Positions 36,891 to 50,109 of a DNA stretch of 64,000 nt are shown here, one piece after another (position 1 is the first letter of the stretch; every line of letters starts with the position of its first letter). The notes beneath the pieces were generated by a model. It saw only the letters and a list, made by a program, of their open reading frames with translations, was not told the DNA's origin and did no database searches. Location of the stretch: NCBI RefSeq assembly GCF_009834535.1, contig NC_045696.1, positions 46,068,001 to 46,132,000 on the forward strand. Reading direction: 5' to 3'. The translations under genes and the position numbers were made by a program. This DNA is from Camelus ferus (taxonomy: Eukaryota).

Positions 36891-37649
36891 CTGGAAAGTG
36901 TGCTGTTAGCCTTGTCTAAATCCATATTCTTCCTTCTTTCTATCATCAAAATTTCATTGTCCAGAACAAAGTTGGCAGAGGGGTTAAGTAGCAAGGTTCA
37001 ATGTATTTCCTAGAAGCTGTACATTAGTAACAGTTTTAACCTTGAGTGATGTTTATAAGAAATAGAAAGTGACACTAGAACTTGGAAAATTAAAAAATGA
37101 TTCTACTTGAAACATTTGACCATTGGATAGAGATACTAGATTCTTCTAAACTCATGTAATCTCAGGAGCAATCATGAATCATTTGGAGAAATAAAATTAA
37201 CCATTTCTTGTATCTCTATGAGCCTAATAAATCAGTCATTATTTTTTCCAAAGAGGTTGTTTTCTACTGTCACATAGTGATACTGAGCTTACAACAAATG
37301 AAAGGAAAATTGCTAGAAATATAAGAAGGAAAAATATTGGGATAATTTCCATAACAAAAAGGGTTGGTATTAATGTTGACTGGAATGGTGCTGGAGAGGA
37401 ACTGCACATTTTGATTTGAGGTTCCTTTTTAAAGTTCCATTTTACCAAAAATAATTTTCTCTCTGCCTATACCCATGTGACTTCATAATCATCCTCTCTC
37501 ATATGGTCTGGAATTACCACCAATAGGATAAAACCTTTGAGTTATTTCATATGTGTTGAACTCCTTCCACTTGCTATGTATTGTCATGATGCATAAGAGT
37601 GAGACATAATATAAAACATTATGTCCAAACATTTCAGAATACATACTCT

Positions 37650-38550
37650 TTTAAGGTACACCCAGGACACTTACCAACACTAACCATCTGATTGATCACA
37701 AATCAGCTAAATGAATTCAAAAGATTGAAATCCTAGAGTATTAAGCAAACCAGAAATCAGTTAACATAAAGATTAAAAAAAATCCCAAATGGTTGTAATT
37801 TAAGGAACATACTCCTAATGACCCATAAGTCAAACTATGTATTATAGTGAATTTATAAAATATTTTGAAATGAATTCTAATGAAAATACAATATATCAAA
37901 GCTTATGGGATAGTGTGAAGCAAATACTGATGGGAAACTTATACCTCTAAATACATATATTAGAACTTTCACAAAAAGATGAGCTGTCTTCGTTCAAGAA
38001 GCTAGGAAAATTGTGTGAAGCAGCATTTCAGACATTGGACAACTGGTAGCAAAGGACTGATCACTGAGGAGGGGAAATAGGGTGACCAACCCTACTGTTG
38101 TCCTGCCTTTCTGTGTTTAAGTACTCTGGATCACTTTGCAGGAGGAGGAGCTTTAGCAGAGCAGAGCAACCTTGCTGAGTTGAGACAAAAGATTAGTATT
38201 GAATGGGACAGATGGCTTGAATTTTCAGGGCAGAGAATCAGCAAGGAGGAACATATGCAGAGAAGAAAATCCCAGAAATTTGCATACAGATACCTTTGCG
38301 TCCACTGCTGAACACTAAACAATTCCCCAAAACTAGCATGAGAGTGGGAAACACAATTTCTATCCAGCCAGTGTCCTCACTGAATACTCCAAACTTTCAC
38401 TAGGATCCCAGGAAGGTTACACCTTACATAAGTAGGGCTAAACTAGCATGACAATGGTATCTACACTAGACTTGTTCAAAAAACAAGCCTCGGTGGTATG
38501 AAACTGGTCCACAAGTAACTTAACCACCTGCCAGAACTAAGTCCAAATTT
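37650..38550 (+). mobile_element. L1M fragments (ORF2 and 5' region)
   Basis: aaagattgaaatc, aatgaaaatacaatatatcaaagcttatgggatag, cagacattggacaactggtagc. Confidence 0.7.
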
Positions 38551-38554
38551 ACTA

Positions 38555-39000
38555 GTTCAGATCCTCTGAGAAGCTCATGCAAAGCACGAGATTAGATTTA
38601 TAAGAGATCTACTTGGAGAAATGCCTGTGAGGGTTGAAAACAGAGAGGAAGCCAGAGGAGGCAAAGTCTTCAGACTGCCTAGCATGTCTGATCCCTTTGA
38701 AGGAAAGAGAGAAGGTAGAAGGACTGAGAAGCAAGAGTCTCTGCAGCACAATTGCAAGAAAGTTTAAGTTCAGGCTGATGAAGACCCCTCAAAGCCTAAC
38801 CCACCCTCAGAGGTGTCCCCTACCTCACAGGAATAGCTGTGCATTAGGATACCCCACTCAGTCATTCTGGTGCCAACAATCCATGCGAAATGGAGCCTCA
38901 GCATGAAAATAATGGATCTAGAGAGCCACAGCTGGGGCCCTCAGTCAGGTACACTCCCATCTGTGAGAGATCTGAGTGGTACACTGTACACTAGCTACTA
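38555..39000 (-). mobile_element. LTR16-like 3' LTR of an ERV-L provirus
   Basis: agttcagatcctctgagaagc...tacttggagaaatgcctgtgag...gtctgatccctttgaaggaaagag; adjoins ERVL internal sequence. Confidence 0.7.
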
Positions 39001-40655
39001 AGTGCACACCTCAGGGAGCAAGGCCTCCATGGTCCCTGTAGGCCTGTATTCCTGGGGGAAACAGAAGAGGGAGGGAGGTTAGTAGGATGAACTACATCCC
39101 CGCCCACTGCAGTTGATCTCAAGGCTGCAGGTGGTCCTCATCTTCTCCTCCACTATCCATTTTGGATTCCCATTGCACTTACCAATTGCCTCGGCTGTTC
39201 CTATTGGTTTACCTGATGACATGGTGCAAACTTTCATTCTTGAGGGGTCTGAACCCTTGGTAATCATGCCCTTCTTAGGCTAGGTTTGCCATATGAGTCT
39301 GTTCACAGTTAATAGTAGGGCGGGGGAGCGACGGGAGGCACCAAATGGCTTGCCTGGGCTCCAGACGTATACCTCCCTGTGCTATTTTGTAGACGCAGCC
39401 TGACCTCCTGCTCATCATAGTCAATGACCCTATGAATATGGTGACTCCTCATCTGCATGCCCCTGGGCATAAGGAGCACAAAATACCCTGGTGGCAACCA
39501 TTTCTTGTTGCTGACGGGACCCTCGCTGTAGCCCCTAGGAAGAGTATGCCCCCTTTGGGAACCAGGACCTTAGCTAACCTAGTGTGGACTTGCAGGGCAG
39601 GAAGCACACATGCTTCCAATAAGAAGTTGTTGGGAGTGTTGTAAATGAGACCACTCTTTTGCCATCCCACTTGACTCTTGTAGTCTTCCAACTGGGGACA
39701 CAGCACCATAGAGGTCTCTGGTTTGATGACTACACTGTATCCTGAAGGGTGACAACCCATTCTTTCAGAATGTTGCCTCATAAAGCTCACCATTTAGCTC
39801 TATCTTTAGAGGACTGTTCCAGCATTCCATGAGGCTGGCTGCATGTATGAGGCGGTGGTAAGTCCAGGAGATCCCATGATCGTGGGCCTACTCTTGCACC
39901 TTTATCATCATAAAGTGGCTGAATACTGTGTAAGTCCTTTATAGTAATGCTAGCTGAGGCTCTGCAGGTAGGAAAGGCAAACCCTTTCCTGAACTAGCTT
40001 CTGTTCCTCCTTGTGAGGACAAATTACTGGCCCTTCCCAGATGGGAGAGGCCCATTATAGTCAATTTGCCACTGGGTGGCCAGTTATTCTCCTTGAGGAA
40101 CAGTGCCATGTTGAGAGCTTAGGGATGGTCTCTTTGACTGCCAGGCTGGACATCCAGAAGCTACAGTAGCTAGATCAGCCTTGGTAAGTGAGAGTCCATG
40201 TGTTGGGCCCATACTTAACTTCCAGCTCTGCCACTGAAGCTATTCCATGAATTCACATGCCTATCATGCTGGTGCAGGGTGTCTGATGACAAAGCCTGAC
40301 TAACCTCAACTGGCCAAGACAGTTTGTTTATTTGGTTGCTAAGTGCCCCTTCCAAAACAGATGCTTTCTGATAGATATTAATGTGTGAAACAAAAGTCTT
40401 CACACTCTGTGTCCACTCCCATATGTCCATCCACATACCTCCACGCCACACTTCCTTGGCTCCAATTATCCAGTCCTTTTCTTTCCTGGCCCCTGAACAG
40501 ATGGTCAGGCCATTATCCACTGGCCAGTAAACCACATATTCTCACCTAGAACCTGTCCTCCTCTAAACAAAGGAGATGACCAGGTACACCACTCCCAGCT
40601 CTGCTTATTAGAAAGATTCACTCATTCCACTGTCCTTCAAGGCCACTCCTGGTCA
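39000..40655 (-). mobile_element. Decayed ERV-L internal region: RNase H, integrase and dUTPase
   Basis: RNase H-like NGLTICSGARKEKDWIIGAKEVWRGGMWMDIWEW...FVSHIN (40215-40535); integrase-end-like LQDTV*SSNQRP; dUTPase-like VLVPKGG and PPGYFVLLMP...VIDYDEQE. Many stops and frameshifts. Confidence 0.88.
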
Positions 40656-41555
40656 TAATACTTAGCACCTTCCCCTCAGCCAAGTTCATTCCCCTACTCA
40701 AACTAGTCTTGAAGGCCTCATGCTTTAAGGAAGAGAGTTCATAGAAGACTCATCCAAAGAAAAATAAGATATTGGCTTTGAGTTTCTAAGGCCCAAAATC
40801 ATGGCATAAAATGGAGGATTGGAAGGATACTTGTCTAGCCAATCTCTTCTGTGCCTATCTCCTCCAAACTCACTCAAACAAACAAACAAAAAACTCAAAC
40901 ACTCAGCACTAAGAAGTAAATCACAGATAGAGAGAAACTGAGAGAGTTACCTGCTAATGAGGGTTCTGAAGAAAACTTCAATATTCTAATTTAGAGCATG
41001 AAAGAACACCCCCAAAAATGTGATCTAAGAACAGAGAGACCAGTGCTCTACTCTCTATCTGGTTATCCTGAGAAAGTCCCGTAGTGTTATATTGACACTG
41101 TGGCATTAAAATTGGATTGCATTGAGTAGCTAGGCAGATAGATCCTAAACTACGTCAGAGACATTATGAGACCACAGAATCAAGCTAATGTTTTTCTCTT
41201 GGTGGGATTGAAAGCATTTGAAAAATGACCCCAAGAGCTGGCAGACTCAAGGGACCTCTTGGCCAGAGATGGAGTAAGAACTCTCTGAAGAGGTACTGGA
41301 TGTAAATGCAGACATCTCATCGAATGTCAACATGGAGGGTGATGTTGGTGAAGACCAGAAAGGATGGTGTTCATCTCAGTGGATGCCAGCTGTGGACAGA
41401 TGCCAATCAAGAATCAGATGTATCCCCCAAGGACAAGACATGTCTGAAGTCCCCTGGAGCTTAGCCACAACCCTGGCTGGAAGAGAAGATGTTGTATTCA
41501 CTTATTTTAGAATAGAATGTCTATATACCTGGAAAATGAATAAAGTTAAGGATTC

Positions 41556-41597
41556 TGTGTGTGTGTGTGTGTGTGTGTGTGTATGCACGCGCGCGCA
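41556..41597. repeat. (TG)n plus (CG)n alternating purine-pyrimidine tract
   Basis: 42 nt of uninterrupted Y-R alternation. Confidence 0.95.
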
Positions 41598-41959
41598 AGA
41601 CTAGGCAGAAGGCGAGCTTAAAATATAGATTAGGTTCAGTTATGGAAAAATGAAGCTCTTTTTCCACACCTGAGCATGTGACTTGCAAGCCCATAACTAG
41701 AAGGGTAATACCAAAGTTTTCAATTAGGACTTATAAAAAAAGGAAGCCTGGAGAAAACAAACAATCTGTACTCAGTTCTTTTAACATAGCCAGCAAGGTT
41801 CTATAAGATTAGGGAGAGATTAATCAAATTATGTTTGGTGGAACCCTAGTTCCATAGGATATGAATTGATGTTAGGAAAGAAACAAAGTTGGAAGGTTTC
41901 TTCAGTGCCAGAGTTTCAAAGCCACTCATATGTCAAAGTTTACTACAACTCTCCAAAAG

Positions 41960-42415
41960 AGATGATTTGACCTGGCCCAAGTGGCAGCATTATAATGTCA
42001 GCCTCGGATCCTCCTTCAAGAAGGACTCGCTCCTTATTTACTGGGAGTACTGTCAGCAGGCAGTCTGCAGCTGTCAGCCCTCTTTGGGAATTGCCTCAGC
42101 TGCAGGGATCCACCTTACCTAACGTCACACCCCTTTATGGGGTTGCCCATATCCAGCGCCCTATCACGGCAAGGTTATAGAGTTGTTCTCCTGCCCGTAT
42201 CAGGACAAGTTTGAAAGTCATTCCAACTCCAGAGCTCCCTGTGATGTTGGCCAAGGCGTTGCTGGACCTGCAATTACAACTCAGCTTTTCCTTCTACCCG
42301 ATCCTGCTTCTTCCCCTTTTTTCTGCAAGTATTGGTCCCAAGAGCTCATCTTAAAAAAGTCCTGCTGGTTAAGCTACATCTCAGAGTCTGCATCTTGGAG
42401 AACCCAGCCTGAGAT
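41960..42415 (+). mobile_element. LTR16-like ERVL solo LTR
   Basis: cagctgtcagccctctttgggaattgcctcagctgcag...catctcagagtctgcatcttggagaaccc. Confidence 0.75.
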
Positions 42416-43338
42416 GCCCCACTTCCCAATTGTCTGCCCACCAAAGCCTTTCTTCACAGAGCACCTAACAAACAGGGTTTAAGAAACACATTTTGGATGA
42501 GGGTAAGTGCAAGTATGAGAACAGGGTAAGTGTGTCAGGGGAAGTGGGGGAGGGGTGCCTAAGCCTGAACACCAGCCCCTAAATCCTTTGCAGTTTAAAA
42601 CTGGCCCAATTTTGAGAAATAATTGTCTAATTCTTAAAGTGCTACAGAATGCATTATGCATTGAGGCAGATGAAGAGATCTAAATATTATATGACCTATG
42701 CAAATAAATTTTGTTTTCCTGTAACAATGCTAAATTCTCTAAGATGATTGGTGAAGATGGATAAAATGCACTGATTTTTGTCTGACAAATACAACTATTT
42801 TGCATTCACAGATGCCTTTGGATATTTAGCAGGAGAAGAAAAAGGAAAAGTATAATGAAAGCCTTTGAAAATCAGTTTCCAAGAAATAAAAACTAGGCAG
42901 TGGGAATTTCCACAAAACTGAAAAATCTTCAGAACTGGCAAGGCTATCCAAAAAACCCCAATGGATTATAATACACTTAACTTATTAGAATATTTGTGTT
43001 TGGCAAGCCACTGACTAAAATCATTTCAAGATGTAAAATGGAAAGTGGAATGAATTTTTTTTTATAAATCTTTGAAATAATCATTTTTGTATTTTAATAC
43101 TGCTATGAAATAAGGAGCTGGCTCAAAAGACTAACACCTAAATGATCAGAGACAGTGAGCTACCAGACCACATGATCAGCACAGAGCAATTCCCAAATAA
43201 GATGAGATGCACACAGCCTCTACAAATGTGGCTTGGGGAGGAGTCTGCCTCAGCTCACTTGAATAAGCTACTGTCTATAGCTCACAAGGGTCCCGTTCTT
43301 AATGAGATGGTGCGTAGCAGCAGCACACTGTGAATCCA

Positions 43339-43355
43339 AATAGCAGATGGCAACA
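43339..43355 (+). promoter_or_regulatory. Weak CTCF-like motif
   Basis: aatagcagatggcaaca in unique sequence. Confidence 0.3.
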
Positions 43356-44699
43356 CTGTTGAGTAGGCTGGCAGTCTGATGTCTAGCCACCAACTGGCAG
43401 CAATCATTATTAAACTGATTCATGTGCCCAGGGAGAATCTCTGTAAGAGTCTTAGCAAGTGTGAACAGTGAGGAGCAAATGATCTGCTATTCCTATTTTC
43501 TATGGATACTTATATTTTAAAAAATATTATTCCCCAAGGCAATCTACACAAAGAAATGGCATGATGTGTGAGCTGGAGGCCCTATTTCTTTCCTATATAC
43601 TCATGTATAGAGTACATGATGCCTTTAAACATGTTGGCTATGACTTCTCTATTTGGTGAATCACTTTTACTCGAAGGAAACAGCTTCATAGCTTTCACCC
43701 TATGGACTTACGGCAAATATTCAATGATAGGCAAGCACTCACAGATTCTCTAAATAAAGCTTCTGTGTAAATGGTATTGCAAATCTAATAACAACATATT
43801 CTGTCTCACATAATGAAGCAATGGCCTAAATTGCTCATGATCCATCTACCTGAGGCAGGTAACTCATCTCTGGGCAAAGAGCTTGTTATTGTCACACTTG
43901 GCTAGGAATGCAGATTAAGAGAGCCACTAGCTTTAGAAAACTGTTCTCCTCTAAGAAACTTTCACAAGAAAAAAATTCTCGAAGGTATTTATTTTTAAAA
44001 TTCTGTCTTTACAATTCAAAATGCTCAGCAAATAGCATTTTTTTCTTTTCAAATGGTGAAAGGATCTGTTATTTGTTATCATAAAGCCCATTTCTATATC
44101 CTGATATGTTAATAAAGAAAGCTTAGGCTTAGGGAAGGCTTTTACTGAAAAATAAACTCCTGCTTTATTCACTTATAAAATACTTGCACTTAAGTTTAAA
44201 AAAAATACTGGTTATTCTCTAAATCCTCATCAGATTTGCTGTCTAAAATCAAGATAATATGTTTCTCTTATGTCATGTGCTCATAATAACATGGAGAAAA
44301 CACTACAGTCAAATGTCAGGTATTCCACATGTTTACTACATATTCTTTTTATGGAAATGTTTTAATGGAAATAAAATTCTAAACATTTTTTTTAAAGAAA
44401 TGTTAAATCTGAATGGATTCTCTTTGGTGCTGGCAATTTGCTAAACCAATTCAGGCTGAAATATTTGGAATTTCTAGAGAGAGTTCCTGTGTCCTGTGTC
44501 AAACATGAGGGTGATTCCTTTCCAAAGTTAGAGACCCCAATCCTGACAGCAAAGCTCAAAAGCAAGCTCAAACACCATCTCTCAAATATCTCAACATTCT
44601 CTCTAAAACAAGAAATTAAATGCCAGAAACCATCATGCATTTTAGTATTTGAGATCCCAAGAAACAAACCAATGAGAGGCGTACTCAAATTTGCTTATC

Positions 44700-44831
44700 G
44701 GGGGAGGGTATAGCTCAAAGTGCTAGAACACATGCTTAGCATGCACAAGGTCCTGGGTTCAATCTCCAGTACTTCCTCTAAAAAAAATAAATAAATAAAC
44801 CCAATTACTTCCCTCCCTGCACCCCCCCCCC
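44700..44831 (+). mobile_element. tRNA-Ala-derived camelid-type SINE
   Basis: gggggagggtatagctcaaagtgctagaacacatgcttagcatgcacaaggtcctgggttcaat; TSD aatttgcttatc (44688-44699) / aatttgcttgtc (44832-44843). Confidence 0.9.
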
Positions 44832-45369
44832 AATTTGCTTGTCTCTAGGTTACCTTACAAGAAATGAATTTCTTGTTCTGTATGAGAAAATAAGTGCCAT
44901 GTATTAAAAGAAGTCTGCAAATGGTGGCACATGAGTTTCTTAAAATGGCTGAAATCCCTCAAAATGTTGAACAATTTACCAGGCCACCAAGATGTATGGT
45001 TTTATCAAGTATAAAATGCTAGATTTTAGGGAAATAAGACAGGATGATTAACGTTATTCTAGGGTATTAGGCTCTACTCAGTGGTAAGTATAAAAGAATA
45101 CCGACAATGGAAAGGCTAGTTCAAAGGACATATTTCTAGGTATTCTGATACAGAGATAAAGCCTTGAAGGCGAACAGGTATGATGATAGCAGTACTATAA
45201 AAGTTCAATTTGAATAAGTCAGCCACACTACCAAAAAATAAATACAAGATTCTTTTTTAGAAGAGAAGAATTCCAGTGATCATGAGCTACGGATGCTGGA
45301 AATTCATTCCTGTAAACTTGTATGAACCATTCCTATAAATTGTTGTTTTCTGTTTTCCCTCCCTTCATT

Positions 45370-45780
45370 AAAGCTGCCTTTAGCAAAGACACCAATGATA
45401 TCCATCTTGCCAGAATCAAAGCTTCATTCCCAGGCTCTAACTTGCTCTGACTCACAAAGGCATTTAATGCAATTGACCACTACACTACCACCATCTTGAA
45501 ACACTTTCTTGGCTTGGTTTCTAGAACAACATCGCACTTGCCTGGTTTTCCTCCTTCCTTACTGCAGCTCATTGTCATTTTTCTGTTTAGTTCCTCATCA
45601 AAATTCTGACCTTTTGACATGTGCATAGCCTTAGATATTCTTCCGTGTGCACTCTGATATCAGAATGAACTTAGACATTGTTACGTACATTTTGATGAGA
45701 GCAAAGACTGTGTGTATCTGGCTTACAGAACAATGTCTGGTATATAGTGGACATGTAAATATTTGTAGAGGGAATGATCA
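45370..45780 (+). mobile_element. L2 fragments
   Basis: caccaatgatatccatcttgcc...ttgaccac...cttgaaacactttctt...tgtctggtatatagtgg. Confidence 0.6.
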
Positions 45781-45879
45781 AATACTGGAACACATACCCA
45801 GTTTGAATAGATGAGTGTAAGTACAATGATGATGACCTGGAATTAAATAGTTCCCAACATTATTTCGTTCAGAGAGGTT

Positions 45880-46025
45880 TAAATAGCATAATCTTTACTT
45901 TTTTAGAATATGAAATTGAGGTTTAGGTAGGTCAAGTAACTTGTCCAATAACATGCAGCTTCCAAGTGTCAGAGCTGAGACTTGTATTCCTGCTGTCCTA
46001 ATACAAAGGCTATGCTCTTAACTAG
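45880..46025 (-). mobile_element. MIR fragment
   Basis: gaaattgaggtttagg...caagtaacttgtccaa...gtgtcagagctgagacttg...tgctcttaac. Confidence 0.65.
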
Positions 46026-46399
46026 TAGTCGATGTACTGATAAGTACAAGAGAAAACAAAGAAGAGAAACCCGAGTTCAGCTGTGTGTCTTCTGGTGCTC
46101 TGCTACAACCATACAGTTTTGAAGTTGATGGCAGGATAAATGCTATTTTTCCCACAGTCAAAAGGAAAAGGACCTATCCCCTTATCTGTAAAATGGAGAT
46201 GAAAATACCATCAATCTTCTTTCCATAAGATAGTTATTTTTAGGCTAAAATAAGATAATGGATATGCAAAATATAAATCACCATCCAAAAAAAATGAATG
46301 ATTATCACCACTGGGAGATACTAAAAGAAGTACTGAAGTGGAGAGGCAGAAAATCTTACTAACTGTAAGAGCAGGAAGAAGACAACCAAGAAAGAGCTA

Positions 46400-46573
46400 T
46401 AGTTAGTCAGTAATATTGTATTAACTTTGTAAGGTGACAGATAGTAAGTAAACTTATTGTGGTGACCTCAGTGTTCACAAATGTCAAACCACTATGTTGT
46501 ACATCTGAAACTAATATATTGTATGTTTATTATACCTCAATAATAAATTTTTTTAAGTTTAAAAACTAAAAAA
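46400..46573 (+). mobile_element. Short L1MA-type 3' end with perfect 12-bp TSD
   Basis: cactatgttgtacatctgaaactaatat...tatacctcaat; TSD aagaaagagcta at 46388-46399 and 46574-46585. Confidence 0.88.
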
Positions 46574-47289
46574 AAGAAAGAGCTACAACATTCCTCACTT
46601 ACCTAACTCTTGTCAGTTATGGAAACGGAAGGAAAGAGAGGTAATATTCTCCAGTTCCCATGTAAAACATAATATACCCAGTACACAGTTACAGAATTAA
46701 AAGATCATTGACCTAGCCATACTGTATTTTTTTTTAACAACCAAAAAAGAAAATCAAAACTCTGATGCTATGAAATAAAATTGGAATTCTGTAGTTTAAC
46801 TGTTTTGTACCTGTGTGGTTTTTACTTTCCATTGACTCCAGAGGCATTACAATTAGCATTTCTCAGGGATGACTGGAGAGAGAGTAGGCAGGGGAAATTA
46901 AGTTAATGAGGCAGTGTAGAGGAAGGCAATCCTGTGACCTCCTGGTCCTCAGAATATACAGGTCTTTAAACAGTAATCAGGTAGCCACAGTCAGAAATAT
47001 TCCCAACATTCCCTTTCACCACTAAATTCCAGGTTGTAAAAATCATTTGTTATAGAAAATGGCGATCAAGATCAACTTAAATTCTGGGACTTCACTTAAA
47101 AGTTTACTAAGGGTACCTTCTTCCTTTGTCACAGCAGAATAGTCATCAGCTCTCCACTGAGGAGACTAAGGCCTGTCACTGCAGATAGCCAGGCTTCCTG
47201 GCCATGTTTGTGTCTCCACTGTGGACATCACACAAGACATATAGCTTAGTTAACAAAAAATATTTCTTAAGCCAAAAAGTGCAGAGGTA

Positions 47290-47510
47290 TGGGCAAGTAG
47301 GTACAGCTTTGGAGTCAGTCAGGTCAACATTTAAATCTTAGTTCACATACATACTTAGAAATTAAAAGACTCAGCCTCAGCCTCAATATGCTCATTATTT
47401 AAATGGATAGAGTCCCTCATAAGGTTTGAAGATCCAAGATAATATACTTAAAGTGATCAGATTGCCTGGCACAGAGTCAGTTTTCAATAAAGCATGGCTG
47501 TTTCTATTAT
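47290..47510 (+). mobile_element. MIR SINE
   Basis: gctttggagtcag...gcctcaat...aaatggata...tgcctggcacagagt. Confidence 0.6.
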
Positions 47511-47598
47511 CAAAGTTGTTAATCACTGATATGTTAATACCAAAATTGGCCATAATTTTACTTTCACTAGTTTTTTTTTTTTAAGTTTTTATAAAAAG

Positions 47599-47637
47599 AG
47601 AGATCCATATATCTTTACAGAGATCCATATATCTTTA
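47599..47637. repeat. 20-bp tandem duplication
   Basis: agagatccatatatcttta(c) repeated twice. Confidence 0.9.
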
Positions 47638-47699
47638 TTCTAGAGATTCAGGCGTTCAAGCAACAATCACCTCTCAGGTCTTTTTTAATTTTAATTACT

Positions 47700-48250
47700 A
47701 ATTAATGAACTCAAGGAACATTGAATAAGTGCCTATTATGTGCTAACGACCATGAATCTAAGATCTAGGGAAGATACAAAAGTTAATATAATATAGACTC
47801 CATTCTAGAGAATAATAAAAAAGAAAATAAGAATCACAAAAGAGGTACAAATAAAATATTATGGTAATTCAGAGCACACAGTTCTGTGTGAAGGAATCTG
47901 GGAAACTATCATGAAAGAGGTGGGTATTTAATCTAAGCCTTAAAGTAAGCACAGAATTTAGATATGCAGAGATTGAGGAGGGAATAGACAAATGAATGGA
48001 TGATTCATGAATGACTCATTCATTTCAAAATCTTCCCATTTCTCAAGTTCCTGGAGATCAGCATTTGTGGTGTCTATGGTCTAGTGATGGACAGTAAAGC
48101 CATATGAAAGTGAGGTGACATGGGCAAGAAATGTGGAGAGGTTCATGATGGCCAAAGGGAAGAATGGCTGTTAATAAATCTGCAACCAGATCTGGGAAAG
48201 TTTCAAATCCCGAGGTAATGTATTTGAACTTTATTCAAGCCTTTTGGAAA
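47700..48250 (-). mobile_element. L2 fragments
   Basis: aagtgcctattatgtgct...atgaaagaggtgggtatttaatctaagccttaaag. Confidence 0.55.
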
Positions 48251-48336
48251 GAAATTTCAAAAACATTAACCCCATATTGAAGTTAAAAACAAAAACTAGA
48301 GGTCTGGCTGAAAGTACAAGCTGAGTCAAAGAAAAC

Positions 48337-48664
48337 TGTTAAAAGATAAACTGAAATTTTTAAGAGTTTATTTGAGCAAAACTAGATGTGAATCAGGCAA
48401 TCCCAAATCAAAAGTGGTCAGGAACGCTCTGGCAACAGGAGCCAGGGGGAAGATTACATATGGAGAAGTATGGAAACAAAGAAAGGAAATTATTGATTGG
48501 TTAAAACTTGACACCTAGTTGGCTATTTCTGATTGGTTGTCCTCAGAGTTTTGATTTCCTAACCCTGACGTATTTACAGGCTTAGAGGTTGGTTTGCTTA
48601 TAGGCCACCTGGGCATCAGAGCCACACAGTCTAATGACTTCCTTGTTTAATTAAGTTAGCAACA
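48337..48664 (-). mobile_element. ERV1-like solo LTR
   Basis: TGTT...AACA termini; minus-strand AATAAA (tttatt near 48368); two minus-strand CCAAT boxes (gattggtt). Confidence 0.65.
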
Positions 48665-49140
48665 TGCATATTGTTAAGACTTGTTGAGTGGTATTTAAAT
48701 TCCTTTGCAGTAGTGTTTGAAACGCATCAGAAGGGAAGTCTAGAAATAGAAACACAACAGATAGAGGTTGATTTCAGTCAGTCAGGAGTGAGGCATTGAA
48801 GACCTAAAGTGATGGAGAAAGAGACAAACGGGAGACACTGTGATGGTGCTTCATGACTCTTTATAACTCTGTTTACCTCCTACCAAGACAAGGAACTTGA
48901 TGGAATAAATGATTTCAAATCCATCTCTCTCTCAATATTTTCACTTACAGAAGTATAAACATTTCACTTTTAAAATTATACATGAAATAAAAAGCAAGGG
49001 AATTGAAAACTCAGTTAATCTGGCAGACTCCAATGCAAGCCAAAAATGTATCAAAGAGCAGCCTCCCAAACTACGCATTCTTTTCCACTCTTGACACCAC
49101 CCTGTCTCTCCGTCTCTATGCTGCTCGTGTCTTCTTCAAG

Positions 49141-49200
49141 GATTTTCAGTTAACCCCTCCCTTAAAGTCTAATTTTCAGTTAACTCCTCCCTTAAAGTCT
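49141..49200. repeat. 30-bp tandem duplication, 28/30 identical
   Basis: gattttcagttaacccctcccttaaagtct / aattttcagttaactcctcccttaaagtct. Confidence 0.95.
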
Positions 49201-49594
49201 AAATCACTTAAGTACCAAACCCCTTTTGTGGCTGCAACCAGCAAGGTGTATCCCGCTAATTTTCAATCTGGCCCATTTTTGTGTGATGACACTTTTTTGA
49301 AGTGACTAATATTATCTCTATGAGAAAAAGCCCTATGTGTGACTTTTCATTATAAAAATATCCACTGGGTATATAACATTATTCAAGGAAACATGAAAAC
49401 TTGCAGAACAAGTAAATAGCTGAAAGGGCAGCAAGATAAATGTTTCCTGATAAAAACATAGGAATACATTTCATTATCTGTGAAAAGTAGAGAGGTTATC
49501 CTAAAAGATACATAGGGTTAAAAAATGCCATGAGAGATACGCTCACACACACTATACATAATTGTATTAACAGAGATATATAAATATTAAATTC

Positions 49595-50100
49595 ATCATT
49601 TTCACATTCCCCCAACGACTGCTCATTTCCACTCCCACTCCACTCTATTATTCATCCAGTTATAAAATCAGGGACGTGGGAAGCCCACTTAACATATCCT
49701 TTTCCCTAATCTCCAATACCTAATTATTTAAAATGCTCTGGTTCTATTCTACTAACCAAATATCTCTTGCCCATACCTAATTTAAACAAATGGTTATTTG
49801 CCCTTTCTGGTATAGGATAAAGTCCAAACTCCTTAGGATGGCATAAAAGCCCATTAGATTTAGCCACATTATAGCCTTATTGTCTATCCTTCTCCCTTAC
49901 GCACCCTTGCAATGCTCTGTTTGGAATGACTCCTTCCACTCTGGGTGAACTCCAGCAAGAAGACTCAAGGATCATCTCCTGAGTGAAGCCTCTCATGCTC
50001 CCTGCTGCCCAAGCATAAAGCATTTATTACTTATTCTAAATATTTTCTATAGCTTAGCTATCTCTACCACTAGACTTAATGAAATTCTTGAAATAAGAGA
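49595..50100 (+). mobile_element. L2 fragments
   Basis: taggataaagtccaaactccttaggatggcata...gtgaagcctctc...accactagact. Confidence 0.65.
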
Positions 50101-50109
50101 CGTCTCAGT

